A DNA stretch of 64,000 nucleotides from positions 34,814 through 98,813 of the forward strand of contig CAWJZV010000016.1 in the NCBI GenBank assembly GCA_963847445.1, in the 5' to 3' direction. The position numbers and the translations under genes are program-made. This stretch comes from an uncultured delta proteobacterium (GTDB lineage Bacteria; Desulfobacterota; Binatia; UBA9968). Positions 1-9,170 of the stretch are shown here, piece after piece. The notes under the pieces were generated by a model. That model saw only the letters and a program-made list of their open reading frames with translations, made no database searches and was not told the DNA's origin. Within the stretch, counting starts at the first letter, position 1. Every line of letters starts with the position of its first letter.

Positions 1-108
1 CGCTGATCGTTAGCGTGCAAAACCACCGCCTGGATAGGCCGACCGGTAGTCGCCGATGCTTATGGCAGGTCACTTAACAGATTTCGCTTATTGTGCCAGA
101 GGTACCGC

Positions 109-136
109 TTGACGTTGTACGGCGTAGCCGTATAAT
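109..136 (+). promoter_or_regulatory. sigma70-like promoter with internal palindromic operator for the TA operon
   Basis: TTGACG (109-114), 16-nt spacer, TATAAT (131-136). Inverted repeat TACGGC-gta-GCCGTA (118-132) lies in the spacer. ATG at 144 is 7 nt after the -10, so the mRNA may be leaderless. Confidence 0.7.
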
Positions 137-143
137 CAATTCG

Positions 144-458
144 ATGTACAGCTTCATCGAGACCAAGTTATTCACTCGCTTGGCGAATGACCTTCTCTCG
201 GATGACGAAATGCGGGAACTCCAATCTGCTCTTATCGACAATCCCGAGGCCGGAAACGTTGTTCCGGGTTCGGGAGGTGTGCGAAAGCTTCGCTGGCGAG
301 CGCCTGGGCGAGGAAAGCGCGGCGGGTATCGCGTCATCTACTTTGCGAAGCTCGCTCAGGGCATTATTTGGATGCTGACAATTTATCCAAAGAACGTAGC
401 GGAGAATATTCCTGCACACATCTTGCGCCAGATTCGTAAGGAGGTAGACGATGCCTAA
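144..458 (+). CDS. higB: RelE/HigB-family type II toxin
   Basis: MYSFIETKLF...PEAGNVVPGSGGVRKLRW...GKRGGYRVIY...MLTIYPKN is typical of HigB2/RelE; overlaps the downstream HTH gene. Confidence 0.85.
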   Translation: MYSFIETKLFTRLANDLLSDDEMRELQSALIDNPEAGNVVPGSGGVRKLRWRAPGRGKRGGYRVIYFAKLAQGIIWMLTIYPKNVAENIPAHILRQIRKEVDDA

Positions 459-723
459 GAGCAAACGAAATATCGGTCTGGAAATTCTTCAAGGGCTGCG
501 CGAACTCAAACGCGGAGAATATGGCCGCGTGACGACGGTTCCAAGTGTAGCAAGTATTCGAGAAAAGACTGGCTTGTCTCAGGCAAGATTCGCTCAACTT
601 CTGGGAGTGTCCGTCCGAACACTGCAGGACTGGGAGCAAGGTCGTCGAGCCCCCTCCGGCGCTGCAAAAACCCTGCTCATGGTTGCTCACAAGAATCCGC
701 GCGCACTTCTTGAAGTTGCATGA
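451..723 (+). CDS. higA: XRE-family HTH antitoxin (HigA-like)
   Basis: IREKTGLSQARFAQLLGVSVRTLQDWEQGRRAP HTH_3 motif; toxin-first gene order. Confidence 0.85.
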   Translation: MPKSKRNIGLEILQGLRELKRGEYGRVTTVPSVASIREKTGLSQARFAQLLGVSVRTLQDWEQGRRAPSGAAKTLLMVAHKNPRALLEVA

Positions 724-1950
724 CCGAAAATCCCTTGCGCCCGGGATAAGCCAACCGGCATTTGTCGCCGCCTACGATGGGTCACTTAATAGTTGGGTGG
801 CACGAGAGACGCTTGACCTAATTGGAGACTAATCCGCAACGACCATGCAGCGCGGAAGGCGAGACCAAATCCTTGTTGATAGGTGTGCGGATTATTGACT
901 CAGGTGCCGCGGATGTTTCGCTCGATTTTGGCCGGAGGCTGTTGGAGGTTGCCAATGTCCAGCCTGGCACGCTCGTCTGGACATCGCCTCCGGGGCGAGG
1001 CGCGGTTGAACGCTTTGCAGGCCGGTCCACAACGCTGAACCGGCAGGGACGGCTAGTCAGGGGTTGATCTGGCTCGTCTGCGACGGACCGCCTGACCAGC
1101 CAGGAAGCGGCAAGTCGTGGACTCAAACGGCGCGTGTGACGTAATGGATGCGCGCAGAACTAGATCTCACCCCGCGATGCGGCTTTCGATTGCGATGACT
1201 TGCCGGTATCGGCATCACGTTCCTCACTGACCAGGCATCGCGGCCTCGCGCAATGCGGCGGCGTGCTCAAACCTGGCGGTTGTCTTGCCGATCTACTTGG
1301 AGGGTCACGCAAGGCGACGGCTGAGACCGGTTCCGAGTGCGAAGGAAGTCCTCCAGGTCGCAACGCCGGCTGGGATCGCTCGAACCGGAGATTCTCGAGG
1401 CCTAAGGTCGCGCCGAATGGGGTCACGGGAACTGGCGTAACGATCTCTTCCGATGGAATGTCTCGCCACGCTGATGCTGCAGGAAGTCTGGCACTTTACA
1501 GGGCACAACGACTGGCCCTCCTACGTCCCGAGACTCGTCGAATGCACGCCGACGGTCGCGAAGCTGGTTATACCCAGACGCATGTCGCTCGGCACAGCTA
1601 TTACCATGTGGTGTGTAATATTCGGTCACCCCAAGGCGTCGACGCGGGTCGTGCGCTCACCAAGAATCTGCGCGGCTTACTAGAGAAAGCATGGAAGTCT
1701 TGGTTCGTCACAATCGAACGTAGACCAGATGACCTTACGATCGAGGTCTTTTAAGATGCCGCCTAGTCGTAGGACGTTAAACGGCTGAGCTATCTCGCCC
1801 CATAAACCCAACTGCCGTACTCTGACAGATCGCGCAGAGATTCGATTTGCCCCGCTTGATGAGTATTGCGATTGGTGACGCTAGCGCGTCGTAAGCTTAG
1901 CGTGGGCAGAGACGCCTTGTGGTTTGTCGAGGTCTGGAGCGCGGCTCTGC

Positions 1951-2737
1951 CTAGCCGACGATCGCTTTGACCTTGGCTTGCGCTTCCAGGCCCTTCTCTT
2001 TCATCAGCGGCAGATAATTCGCATTAAACCATTTCTCCAGCGCTTCGCTGTAGGCGCGGCGCTCGCGCAACCGGTCGTACCACTCGGGAATGTGCGGACG
2101 CTTGTCCCAGAGAAATTGCAATTGTAGGTGGTCGAGCCGGGTGACGTACGGGGCGAACCCAATGTCGGCCAGGGAAAATTCTGTGCCGGCCAGCCATGGC
2201 GAGTCCGCTAATGTCGTTTCCATGTCGCTGAGTAGTTTATCGAAGCGTTTTATCGCTTCCGGAAAAAATCGCGACTCAACTCCTTTGGTAACATTCTCCC
2301 AGCTTTTTTCTCGTTTCACCGGATCGGGCATCTTCTTGTGAAACTCTTCGAGCGCCTCCATGCCGATGGCGAGTTTTTGATAGCGAAAGGCGATCGCCGA
2401 GCTCACCACACTGGTCGCCGCGTGCACCCCTTCGTCGAGCTGCTTGGTCCACAGCCGCATGCGCGCGCGCCCGGCGGCGTCTTTCGGCTTTAGGCGTCGG
2501 TTCGGGATAGGCGTCGTCGAGATACTCGCAGATCACCGTCGACTCGATGATCACCGTGCCGTTGTCGACCAGCGTCGGCACCACCGCGTTGGGGTTGAGC
2601 TTTAGATACTCCGGCTGCTGCTGATCGCCGGCGCGCAGATTTAAATGATGACTCTCCCAGGCGAGCTTTTTCTCAGCCAGGACAAAGCGCACTTTCTGAG
2701 CGCACACCGACATATCGTTGTGATAAAGTTCGATCAT
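1951..2737 (-). CDS. glutathione S-transferase family protein (one frameshift near 2490)
   Basis: N-domain (SVCAQKVR...LNPNAVVPTL...ESTVICEYLD) in ORF 2276-2737 and C-domain (WLAGTEFSLADI) in ORF 1951-2460. Confidence 0.85.
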
Positions 2738-3127
2738 CGCCGCACCTTCCTTATTGTCTTAAGTTCGTTAGGCTTTCCTGTGGATAATATGACCTAGAAG
2801 CCCGAGGAAAATTATTTTGGTCACATGTCACCTCATGGCTAACGAATCAATGGGATTACTTTGTGGGCGCAACTTGCCAATCTTGGAATGGCTTCCCTAT
2901 AGGCGCGACCGCTTGTTTACGACAAATTGGTCGATTGGACAAGTGTCGTTACCTGGATCTCACCTCAAGATTGATTGAGTGAAGTGTCAATACCTGTGTG
3001 TCGAAGCGGCGACCCAGCGTAAACACAACAATTGTCCCCCTTGGCTCGTTAGCGGAGATGAGCTATATGAAAACCGCCACGCTGTGGTCAAAGATGGCAC
3101 CGGCCACTATGCTGAAGGAGGCGGAAA

Positions 3128-4204
3128 ATGGCACCACCCCAAACCGTCGACGGCTTTCGCTTTATGCAGTTTGCTTTATGCGGGCTGCTACTCGCAATTT
3201 TTTTTGCGGCTTGTCAAGTTCACGCTCAAACTCATTTCTATAAAGATAAAACGATTACGGTTCTCGCAGCCACCAATCCCGGCGGCACCGCCGATATGCG
3301 CATCAGAACCGTCGTTTCGGTGCTGCAAAAGCATGTTCCCGGAAATCCGACCATCGTTGTCAAGTACATGGCTGGTGGAGGCGGGCGGATGGCGGCCAAC
3401 CAGCTCTACAAATCGACGGCACCGGATGGCTTGACGATGGGCGCCATGCTTTCCTCTTACATACCCGCAGCGGTGATCGGGGATCCCGGCGCCCTCTACG
3501 ACATCCAGAAAATGATCTTTCTTGGAACGCCGTATAGCGGCCACCCGCATATTTTTATCAGCCGGCGAGGCGCGGGAGCGGACACACTGGAAAAATTGCG
3601 ATCCATACCCAACCTGCGCTTGGGTGCCCAGTCGGTTGGACACACGATCTATTATACCGGCCGAATGTTCGCCTATCTGATCGGCCTCAAGGAGCCAAAG
3701 TCCGTCATCGGCTATAGCGGTCCGGAGCTCGATATAGCCTTTCAAAGCGGCGAGGTGGACGCCAGGTCCAATCACCCCGACAACCCGATTCGGCAAGGGT
3801 TGCTGGAAAAAGGTATCGTCAATGTGCACGCGATGATCGAAGTTCCCAGGGGACACAAACATCCGCATCCACGATACGCACAGTTGCCGAGTCTCGAAAG
3901 CTTCGCAAAGTCGGAGACGGAACGGAAACTTGTGGCCTTGCATCGGACCTTTCAGCTATCCGGGGCTCCGTTCGTGCTGCCGCCAGGCACGCCGAATGAT
4001 CAGGTGACGATTCTTCAGCAAGCCATGCGCCGCACGTTCAATGATTCCGAGTTTCTCAAAGAGTACGAAAAAGTCGGCGACGACTCGCCGCCGCTGATGC
4101 CGGAAACGCTGACCCAGCTCATCCGGGATTTGCCGCGCAATGATGAAGTCGTCGACCTGTTCAAAAAACTCTTCGGAGCCGACCCCCTGCCGCCTCGGCC
4201 GTAA
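3128..4204 (+). CDS. tripartite tricarboxylate transporter substrate-binding protein (TctC/Bug-like)
   Basis: Signal peptide, FYKDKTI...PGGTAD...GNPTIVVKYMAGGGG...APDGLTM, LPPGTP. Confidence 0.8.
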   Translation: MAPPQTVDGFRFMQFALCGLLLAIFFAACQVHAQTHFYKDKTITVLAATNPGGTADMRIRTVVSVLQKHVPGNPTIVVKYMAGGGGRMAANQLYKSTAPDGLTMGAMLSSYIPAAVIGDPGALYDIQKMIFLGTPYSGHPHIFISRRGAGADTLEKLRSIPNLRLGAQSVGHTIYYTGRMFAYLIGLKEPKSVIGYSGPELDIAFQSGEVDARSNHPDNPIRQGLLEKGIVNVHAMIEVPRGHKHPHPRYAQLPSLESFAKSETERKLVALHRTFQLSGAPFVLPPGTPNDQVTILQQAMRRTFNDSEFLKEYEKVGDDSPPLMPETLTQLIRDLPRNDEVVDLFKKLFGADPLPPRP

Positions 4205-4289
4205 GGCATCTAGCGAAGCAGTCAAGCGCGCTTTAAGTATCTCCGCGTGACGAGTCAGCCGCGCTCGTCGCGATCGCGTCGCACAAGAC

Positions 4290-4838
4290 TCATGAAGGCC
4301 CGGCAATCTCCTGACCGTTGTGTATCAACTTGCCAGCAACCGGCACGGGATTTTTCAGCGAGTTGATTGTGTGGCAGCCCATCTCAATCAATTGCAGCAT
4401 TTCTTGCACCTTCTCAGACGGCGCCGGACTTTGGATTTTGAAAATGTACGTCAGCTCCTTGCAGCCCGGCGAAACATCCGCCAGCAAAAGTTTGCCGCGC
4501 GTATCGTAAGTCATGCGAATATCCATCTCGGCGTCCTCGATCTCGATGTCCAGCTGTGACGCGTACCGCGCCAATTGGCTGAACATTCAAAACCCCGTCG
4601 CCGCGACGAAGTACTGCAACGGCGATGGCGCCTGGCCGCCGCCCTTGCGCGACTTCGCCTCGTCGCACTGGATGGTGTATTCGCCGATTCGCGCCTCTTT
4701 CAACTGGCCTTCGATAAGCCGAATCACTGCGCGGGTGGTCGTGGTATATCCTTCCGGCCCTTGCTTCGCGCGCTCTTGCTGCTCGCGATGCACTTCGCGA
4801 AACGCGTCCCGGTCGATCTTACTTTCAGTCGTAGCCAT
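4290..4838 (-). CDS. OsmC/Ohr-like selenoprotein (Sec84), 182 aa
   Basis: ORFs 4587-4838 and 4290-4586 abut in frame across one TGA (4587-4589): GGGQAPSPLQYFVAATGF-U-MFSQ...MGCHTINSL. The TGA aligns to the first catalytic Cys of OsmC (paralog at ~10 kb has AASCLMM). A hairpin follows. Confidence 0.88.
4546..4586 (-). promoter_or_regulatory. putative bacterial SECIS element (OsmC-like gene)
   Basis: mRNA right after UGA: AUGUUCAGC-caau-UGGCGCG-gua-CGCGUCA-ca-GCUGGACAU (9-bp lower stem, 7-bp upper stem, loop starting with G). Confidence 0.7.
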
Positions 4839-4896
4839 AAAGTGCTTCCTCTATCAGTCCCTCTGGTTAAATTTCCACGAACAAAAACTGAGTTGA

Positions 4897-5451
4897 TTAA
4901 CCGCGCAGAAAATCATCGCCTTTGATCCCGGTGGCGTCGGCCATGCGGTCGTTAAAATTGTACAGACAGATCACGTAAACGATGTCTAAAATATCGCGGT
5001 CGTCGAAGCCGTGGGAGCGCAGCGCCTTGATATCGTCCTCGTTCGCCGTCGACGGTGCAACCGTCAGCTTGACCGCGTAATCCAACATCGCCCGCTCTGC
5101 GGAAGATAAATTCAACTTTGTGTAATCGTGCTTAATTCCTTCGACCAAAGGATCGTCGTTCGATTCGGTACGGAGAGCCTCTCCGTGCGCGGTCATTCAA
5201 TAGCTGCAGTGATTGGTCGCCGACACCACCGTTGCGATCATCTCGCGTTGGCGGCGCGTGATGCGCGATTCGCCGCGCATAATCGACACGTCGAGCGCGC
5301 GCCAGGCGGCGAGGTTGTCGGGATTGAGGCTTTGCACCTGGCGGATCATGGAAACTTTGCCGCGCTCCGCCGATGGGCCGGAGCCCGACTCGTAAATCTC
5401 CTTGAGCTTGCCGGTCGCCTCGCCCGGCGGCACTGTTTTGATATAGGGCAT
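4897..5451 (-). CDS. AhpD/CMD-like selenoprotein 1 (CxxU, Sec85), 184 aa
   Basis: ORFs 5197-5457 and 4897-5196 are in frame across TGA 5197-5199: REMIATVVSATNHCSY-U-MTAHGEAL...YNFNDRMADATG. AGAAGGAG RBS precedes ATG 5451. Confidence 0.9.
5170..5186 (-). promoter_or_regulatory. putative SECIS hairpin (AhpD-like 1)
   Basis: ACGGAGA-ggc-UCUCCGU starting 10 nt after UGA. Confidence 0.7.
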
Positions 5452-5453
5452 GG

Positions 5454-5663
5454 TCACTCCTTCTGCCCGGCCACGGCCCGACGCGCTTGCTTCTCCGACA
5501 AGACATGTCTGACCGCTTCGACGATTTCATACCGATAGCTGGCTCGGTCCGGATTGGCGCGCAGCATGTCGACAATCTTTTGCGCCTCGGCCTGCGAGTA
5601 AAACAAGCCGACGGTGCTGACAGCGCCACCGGGACCGATTTCGTTGACGTAAAGTTTTTCCAT
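5454..5663 (-). CDS. small hypothetical protein (69 aa) within the selenoprotein operon
   Basis: RBS GAAAGGTG before ATG; stop is 2 nt upstream of the AhpD-like 1 start. Confidence 0.6.
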   Translation of the reverse strand: MEKLYVNEIGPGGAVSTVGLFYSQAEAQKIVDMLRANPDRASYRYEIVEAVRHVLSEKQARRAVAGQKE

Positions 5664-5733
5664 CGATCACCTTTCCGAACTTCGCGCCTTTGCGCCTTTG
5701 CGAGAGATATTCGTTTCTGGTGACCCATTCATG

Positions 5734-6640
5734 CTAATAGGTTTTCGGCGTTTTGTAGCCGACTTGCTTGCGCTCTTTCATGAACGCCTTATAGGTTTCG
5801 GGATGAGACTTCACGATATACGGACACGCGTCGACGCAGAGATGACAGTACTCTTCGCGCAGTCGCGAGTAGGGGTAGCACTTCTCCAGATCGATCAGCC
5901 AGCGCTTGATGCCCATGGGTCATGACGTGATCCTGTGGAATCGCGTCGCCCGGGCAGTTGCGCTGGCAGACGTTGCAGTTCATGCAGAAGTCCTGCACGC
6001 CGAACTCGCGCGGCTGATCTTCCAGCAGCGGCAAATCAGTGGTCACGAAACCTGGACGAAAGCTCGCGCCGTACTTTTCGTTGATCAAGCTACCGTGGCG
6101 ACCGAGCTCGCCGAAACCGACTTGATAGAAAATCGGAATCGCCTGAACCTCGCTGGCGCCGTTATGGTGCGCGATCGCTGGATAGCCCATCTCGCGCACG
6201 TAGGCCGCTAGCGCCGTCGCGATCTCGGTGCACTTCGCGTAGGTTCGCATCGCTTCTTCCTCGACAGCGTCGGGCCCCTGAGTAACCTTTTCATAATCCT
6301 CCGCGACGCAACAAGCGATTACGAACTCATGCGGCACTTCCGAGCCGAGATCGATCATATGCGGCTGCAAGCGGCAGACACCGACCATATTGGCGCCCAA
6401 TTCCGTCGCCTTCGCTTTGATCTGCGCGGTCATCGCCGCCGGATCGCTGACCGTTACCCGCTGCGGATTAACGGGACCGTCGCGATAAGGCGCCAGTTTC
6501 ACCCAACTGGCGCGATAAGCTTGAATGGTCGGCTTCACCGCCGCGTAGTGGCGCGACTCCGTCGCCCCCGTGGCATGAACCATTTCGGCTAATACCGGGT
6601 CAGCCATGCCCTGCTCTCTTCGAGGCGTTATCCCACGCAT
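5734..6640 (-). CDS. reductive dehalogenase/epoxyqueuosine-reductase-like 2x[4Fe-4S] protein (frameshift near 5915)
   Basis: KAKATELGANMVGVC, GFGELGRHGSLINEKYGASFR, CMNCNVCQRNCP and, after the shift, CYPY...CHLCVDACP. No Tat signal. Confidence 0.75.
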
Positions 6641-6688
6641 TACATCGTCCTCCTATTCAATCGGCTCCCCATGTTGCATTGATCCCGC

Positions 6689-7132
6689 TTAGCGCGGCGC
6701 TACGCCGAAAGCCGCCGCCATGCGAATCGCGTAATTGTGATAAGCGATCGTAGTGGCGACTAACAATACTTCACTGTCGCTAAAACCTACCGCTCGCAAC
6801 TCGTCGACATCGCGCTTGCGCACCGAAGCCTCGTCGATAGTGCCTTTCTCCGTATAGGCCAGCACCGCCTGCTCCGCAGCCGTGAGCGAGAGCGCGCGCC
6901 AATCGCTTGCGGCCTGGGCGGCGAATGGTTGATCTAGCGGGCCGCGCAAGGCTTCGACGAAACCCTGGCAACGCAAGCAGCCGGCAACCACAATGCCGAT
7001 CAAGCTGTACAGGCGCGGCGTCAATTGTTCGACGAGCAGGCGGCGCATGGCAGTGTCCGCTTCGAGCGCGCCGGGCGCCGCGCTGAGCAGATCCTCAATC
7101 CCTTTACCTGCGACCATCCGCAGGCGGCTCAT
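6689..7132 (-). CDS. AhpD-like protein, apparently lacking the second catalytic Cys/Sec and His
   Basis: DWRALSLTAAEQAVLAY...LRAVGFSDSEVL...YHNYAIRMAAAFG resembles its neighbours; the active-site region reads VVAGCLRCQGF. Confidence 0.65.
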   Translation of the reverse strand: MSRLRMVAGKGIEDLLSAAPGALEADTAMRRLLVEQLTPRLYSLIGIVVAGCLRCQGFVEALRGPLDQPFAAQAASDWRALSLTAAEQAVLAYTEKGTIDEASVRKRDVDELRAVGFSDSEVLLVATTIAYHNYAIRMAAAFGVAPR

Positions 7133-7777
7133 GGGTCATCCTCGTAGAGCGAAGTCTGCAGCTGTTCGCGAGTCACGCCGAAGGCTTGCAAAATTTCCTC
7201 AGGGAAAGTCGAACTTCTCTTCCTCGACGCCGAGCAAATCGGCGATGCGGTCTACCCAGTTTCGATAACCGGCGCCCAGACCGATGGAAAGAATTTGCTC
7301 GTCGCTAAAGCCCGCCTGGCGCAGCGCTTCGATATCGGCGTCGGTGATTTGGCTCGGCGTCACGGTAAACTTCTCGGTAAACGCCAGCATCGCTTTCTCC
7401 TGATCGTCCAATTCGGCGTCACGCCAGTTGGAGATCACCTTGGCGACTTCCTCCACCGCCATCTTGCCGTCGACACGGAGAAACTCCCCGTGACCGATGC
7501 CTCAAAACCGGCAACCGCTCAGCGCCGCAACCTGGGTGGCGATAAGCTCTTCCTTGCGCCGGCCCAAACCGGAATTACCGGGCCGATAAATGCCCTTGTC
7601 GAAGCCGACCCGAGCCTCGAGCAGCTCCGGGCATAGGCTGAAGATGATCACGATGGGCGGCAGCTTGTCTCCTCGCCGCTGCCGCACCGATGGGCTCAAC
7701 CTGGCGAGGGTCCGATCATAAACATTTTTGAGTTCGCCCGTGGCTTCGTCTTCGGCGATAACTTTAATGAAACTCAT
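7129..7777 (-). CDS. AhpD/CMD-like selenoprotein 2 (CxxU, Sec92); probable 1-nt frameshift near 7202
   Basis: ELIATQVAALSGCRF-U(7502-7504)-GIGHGEFLRVDGK joins ORF 7199-7462 in frame. The corrected C-terminus FPEEILQAFGVTREQLQTSLYEDDP ends in an ATGA overlap with the next gene. Confidence 0.88.
7470..7497 (-). promoter_or_regulatory. putative SECIS hairpin (AhpD-like 2)
   Basis: UCGG-u-CACGGGGA-guu-UCUCCGUG-UCGA with a bulged U; same register from UGA as in the other two AhpD genes. Confidence 0.7.
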
Positions 7778-7804
7778 AAGTTTTGCCCTGCCTGCAGATT
7801 TGAA

Positions 7805-7838
7805 TTGACCTCCTACTACTAATCGTATAAGCAGTCAA
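7805..7838. promoter_or_regulatory. operator/divergent promoter box, copy 1
   Basis: TTGACCTCCTACTACTAATCGTATAAGCAGTCAA between divergent genes; 31/34 identical to 10364-10397. Confidence 0.8.
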
Positions 7839-7918
7839 TCCTAATTACAGTAGCGACCCATTCGGAAACTCAAGTAAGCCGAAGCCGGGACAGTCAGCAA
7901 AAAATAAGAGGAGATCCA

Positions 7919-8410
7919 ATGGCAAAACAACTCAATGCGGGAGATTTGTTTCCGGCATACCAGGTTCAGACGACAGACGGCCGAACCCTTCATCTGCCGC
8001 GCGACCTTAGCGGTGAATATTCCGTACTGATCTTCTATCGCGGCATTTGGTGACCCTACTGCCTTCGGCAGTTAGCCGACTACCAAGCACACATCGACGC
8101 TTTTAAGAACGAAAAGATCGACATCGTTGCTCTATCGGTCGATCCTCTCGACAAGGCCAAAGAAACAGTTGACAAGCTGCAGCTTACATTCCCCGTGGCT
8201 TACGGCCTCGAAGTGCCACGGGACGCGGACAAAGTGGGCGCGTTCTGGGAAGAGCGCAGGAAAATCCTTCACGCGACAAACTTCATCCTGGACTCGGACA
8301 AGAAAGTTTGCGACGCATCGTACAGCATCGGCCCCATCGGGCGAATCGTTGCCGTGGATGCGTTGAGCCATATCCAGTTTTTCAAGAAGAGAAAAACACA
8401 GAAAACCTAG
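7919..8410 (+). CDS. peroxiredoxin-like (AhpC/TSA, redoxin) selenoprotein 1 (UPYC, Sec45), 163 aa
   Basis: ATG 7919 after GAGGAG; MAKQLNAGDLFPAYQV...VLIFYRGIW-U(8051-8053)-PYCLRQL...VALSVD... continues in frame into ORF 8195-8410. The N-terminal half is missing from the ORF track. Confidence 0.9.
8065..8079 (+). promoter_or_regulatory. putative SECIS hairpin (Prx-like 1)
   Basis: UCGGC-aguua-GCCGA, 11 nt after UGA. Confidence 0.55.
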
Positions 8411-8496
8411 TTCGGGGAACCTATCGGCGTGGATGATCGTTATTGCGCATACCGACTCGATATAGCGGATCGCCATATTTGACAGAAGGAGGGTTT

Positions 8497-9138
8497 ATGA
8501 AACGAAACCCACATTCCCGGTCCGGCACACGCTCGATTTCGAATCTGCGAATTCGCTACGCCGTAGTCGTCGTATGCGGCTTTCTTGGTCTGTTTGCCTC
8601 CCTCGCCAATGCTCAATTGGGTCCTAAAGACGGCGCAAACCTAACACCCACGGATCTAGAGCGAGTCAAGGTCGGCGACACGGCACCGGATTTTACGCTT
8701 GAGAATATGGATGGCCTGAAAATCACCCTATCGGACGTCTACCGTAGCAAAAAAGTGGTTCTGGTGTTCTATCGCGGTCAATGGTGACCCTACTGCACAC
8801 AACAGCTCGGCGAGCTGAAAGGCCTGTTAAGTCCAGACGAAAAGAATCTGGTTCAGCTACTTGCGGTGAGTGTCGACAGTCACGACGATTCCAAAAAGTT
8901 TGTGCAAAAACTCAAGGAGCGATTTGCCGGCGATCTCGACTTTCCGCTTCTCGAGGACAGAGGCCACAAGGTGATCAACCGCTATGGCATTTTCAATCCG
9001 AGCAGCAAAGGCTGGCCCCACCCGGCGACTTATGTCATCGATACCAAGGGAGTCGTCCGTTGGCGCGTTGTCGAAACCGATTACAAGAAACGGCCCACCA
9101 ACGCGCAAATTCTTGAGGCGATCAGAAGATTGCCGTAG
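8497..9138 (+). CDS. exported peroxiredoxin-like selenoprotein 2 (signal peptide, UPYC, Sec97), 213 aa
   Basis: RBS AGGAGG; signal ending in ANA; VGDTAPDFTL...VLVFYRGQW-U(8785-8787)-PYCTQQL...LAVSVD...HPATYVIDTKGVVRW, in frame with ORF 8866-9138. Confidence 0.9.
8803..8817 (+). promoter_or_regulatory. putative SECIS hairpin (Prx-like 2)
   Basis: CAGCUC-ggc-GAGCUG, 15 nt after UGA. Confidence 0.6.
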
Positions 9139-9170
9139 CCGCTTTCGACGAGCGGCAGCGATTGAACAGC

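Noticed and set aside
7199-7201. Second TGA in AhpD-like 2 as another Sec
   Set aside because: It is not at a Cys-type position. Removing one C gives a plausible C-terminus ending in an ATGA overlap with the next gene, so an indel is more likely.
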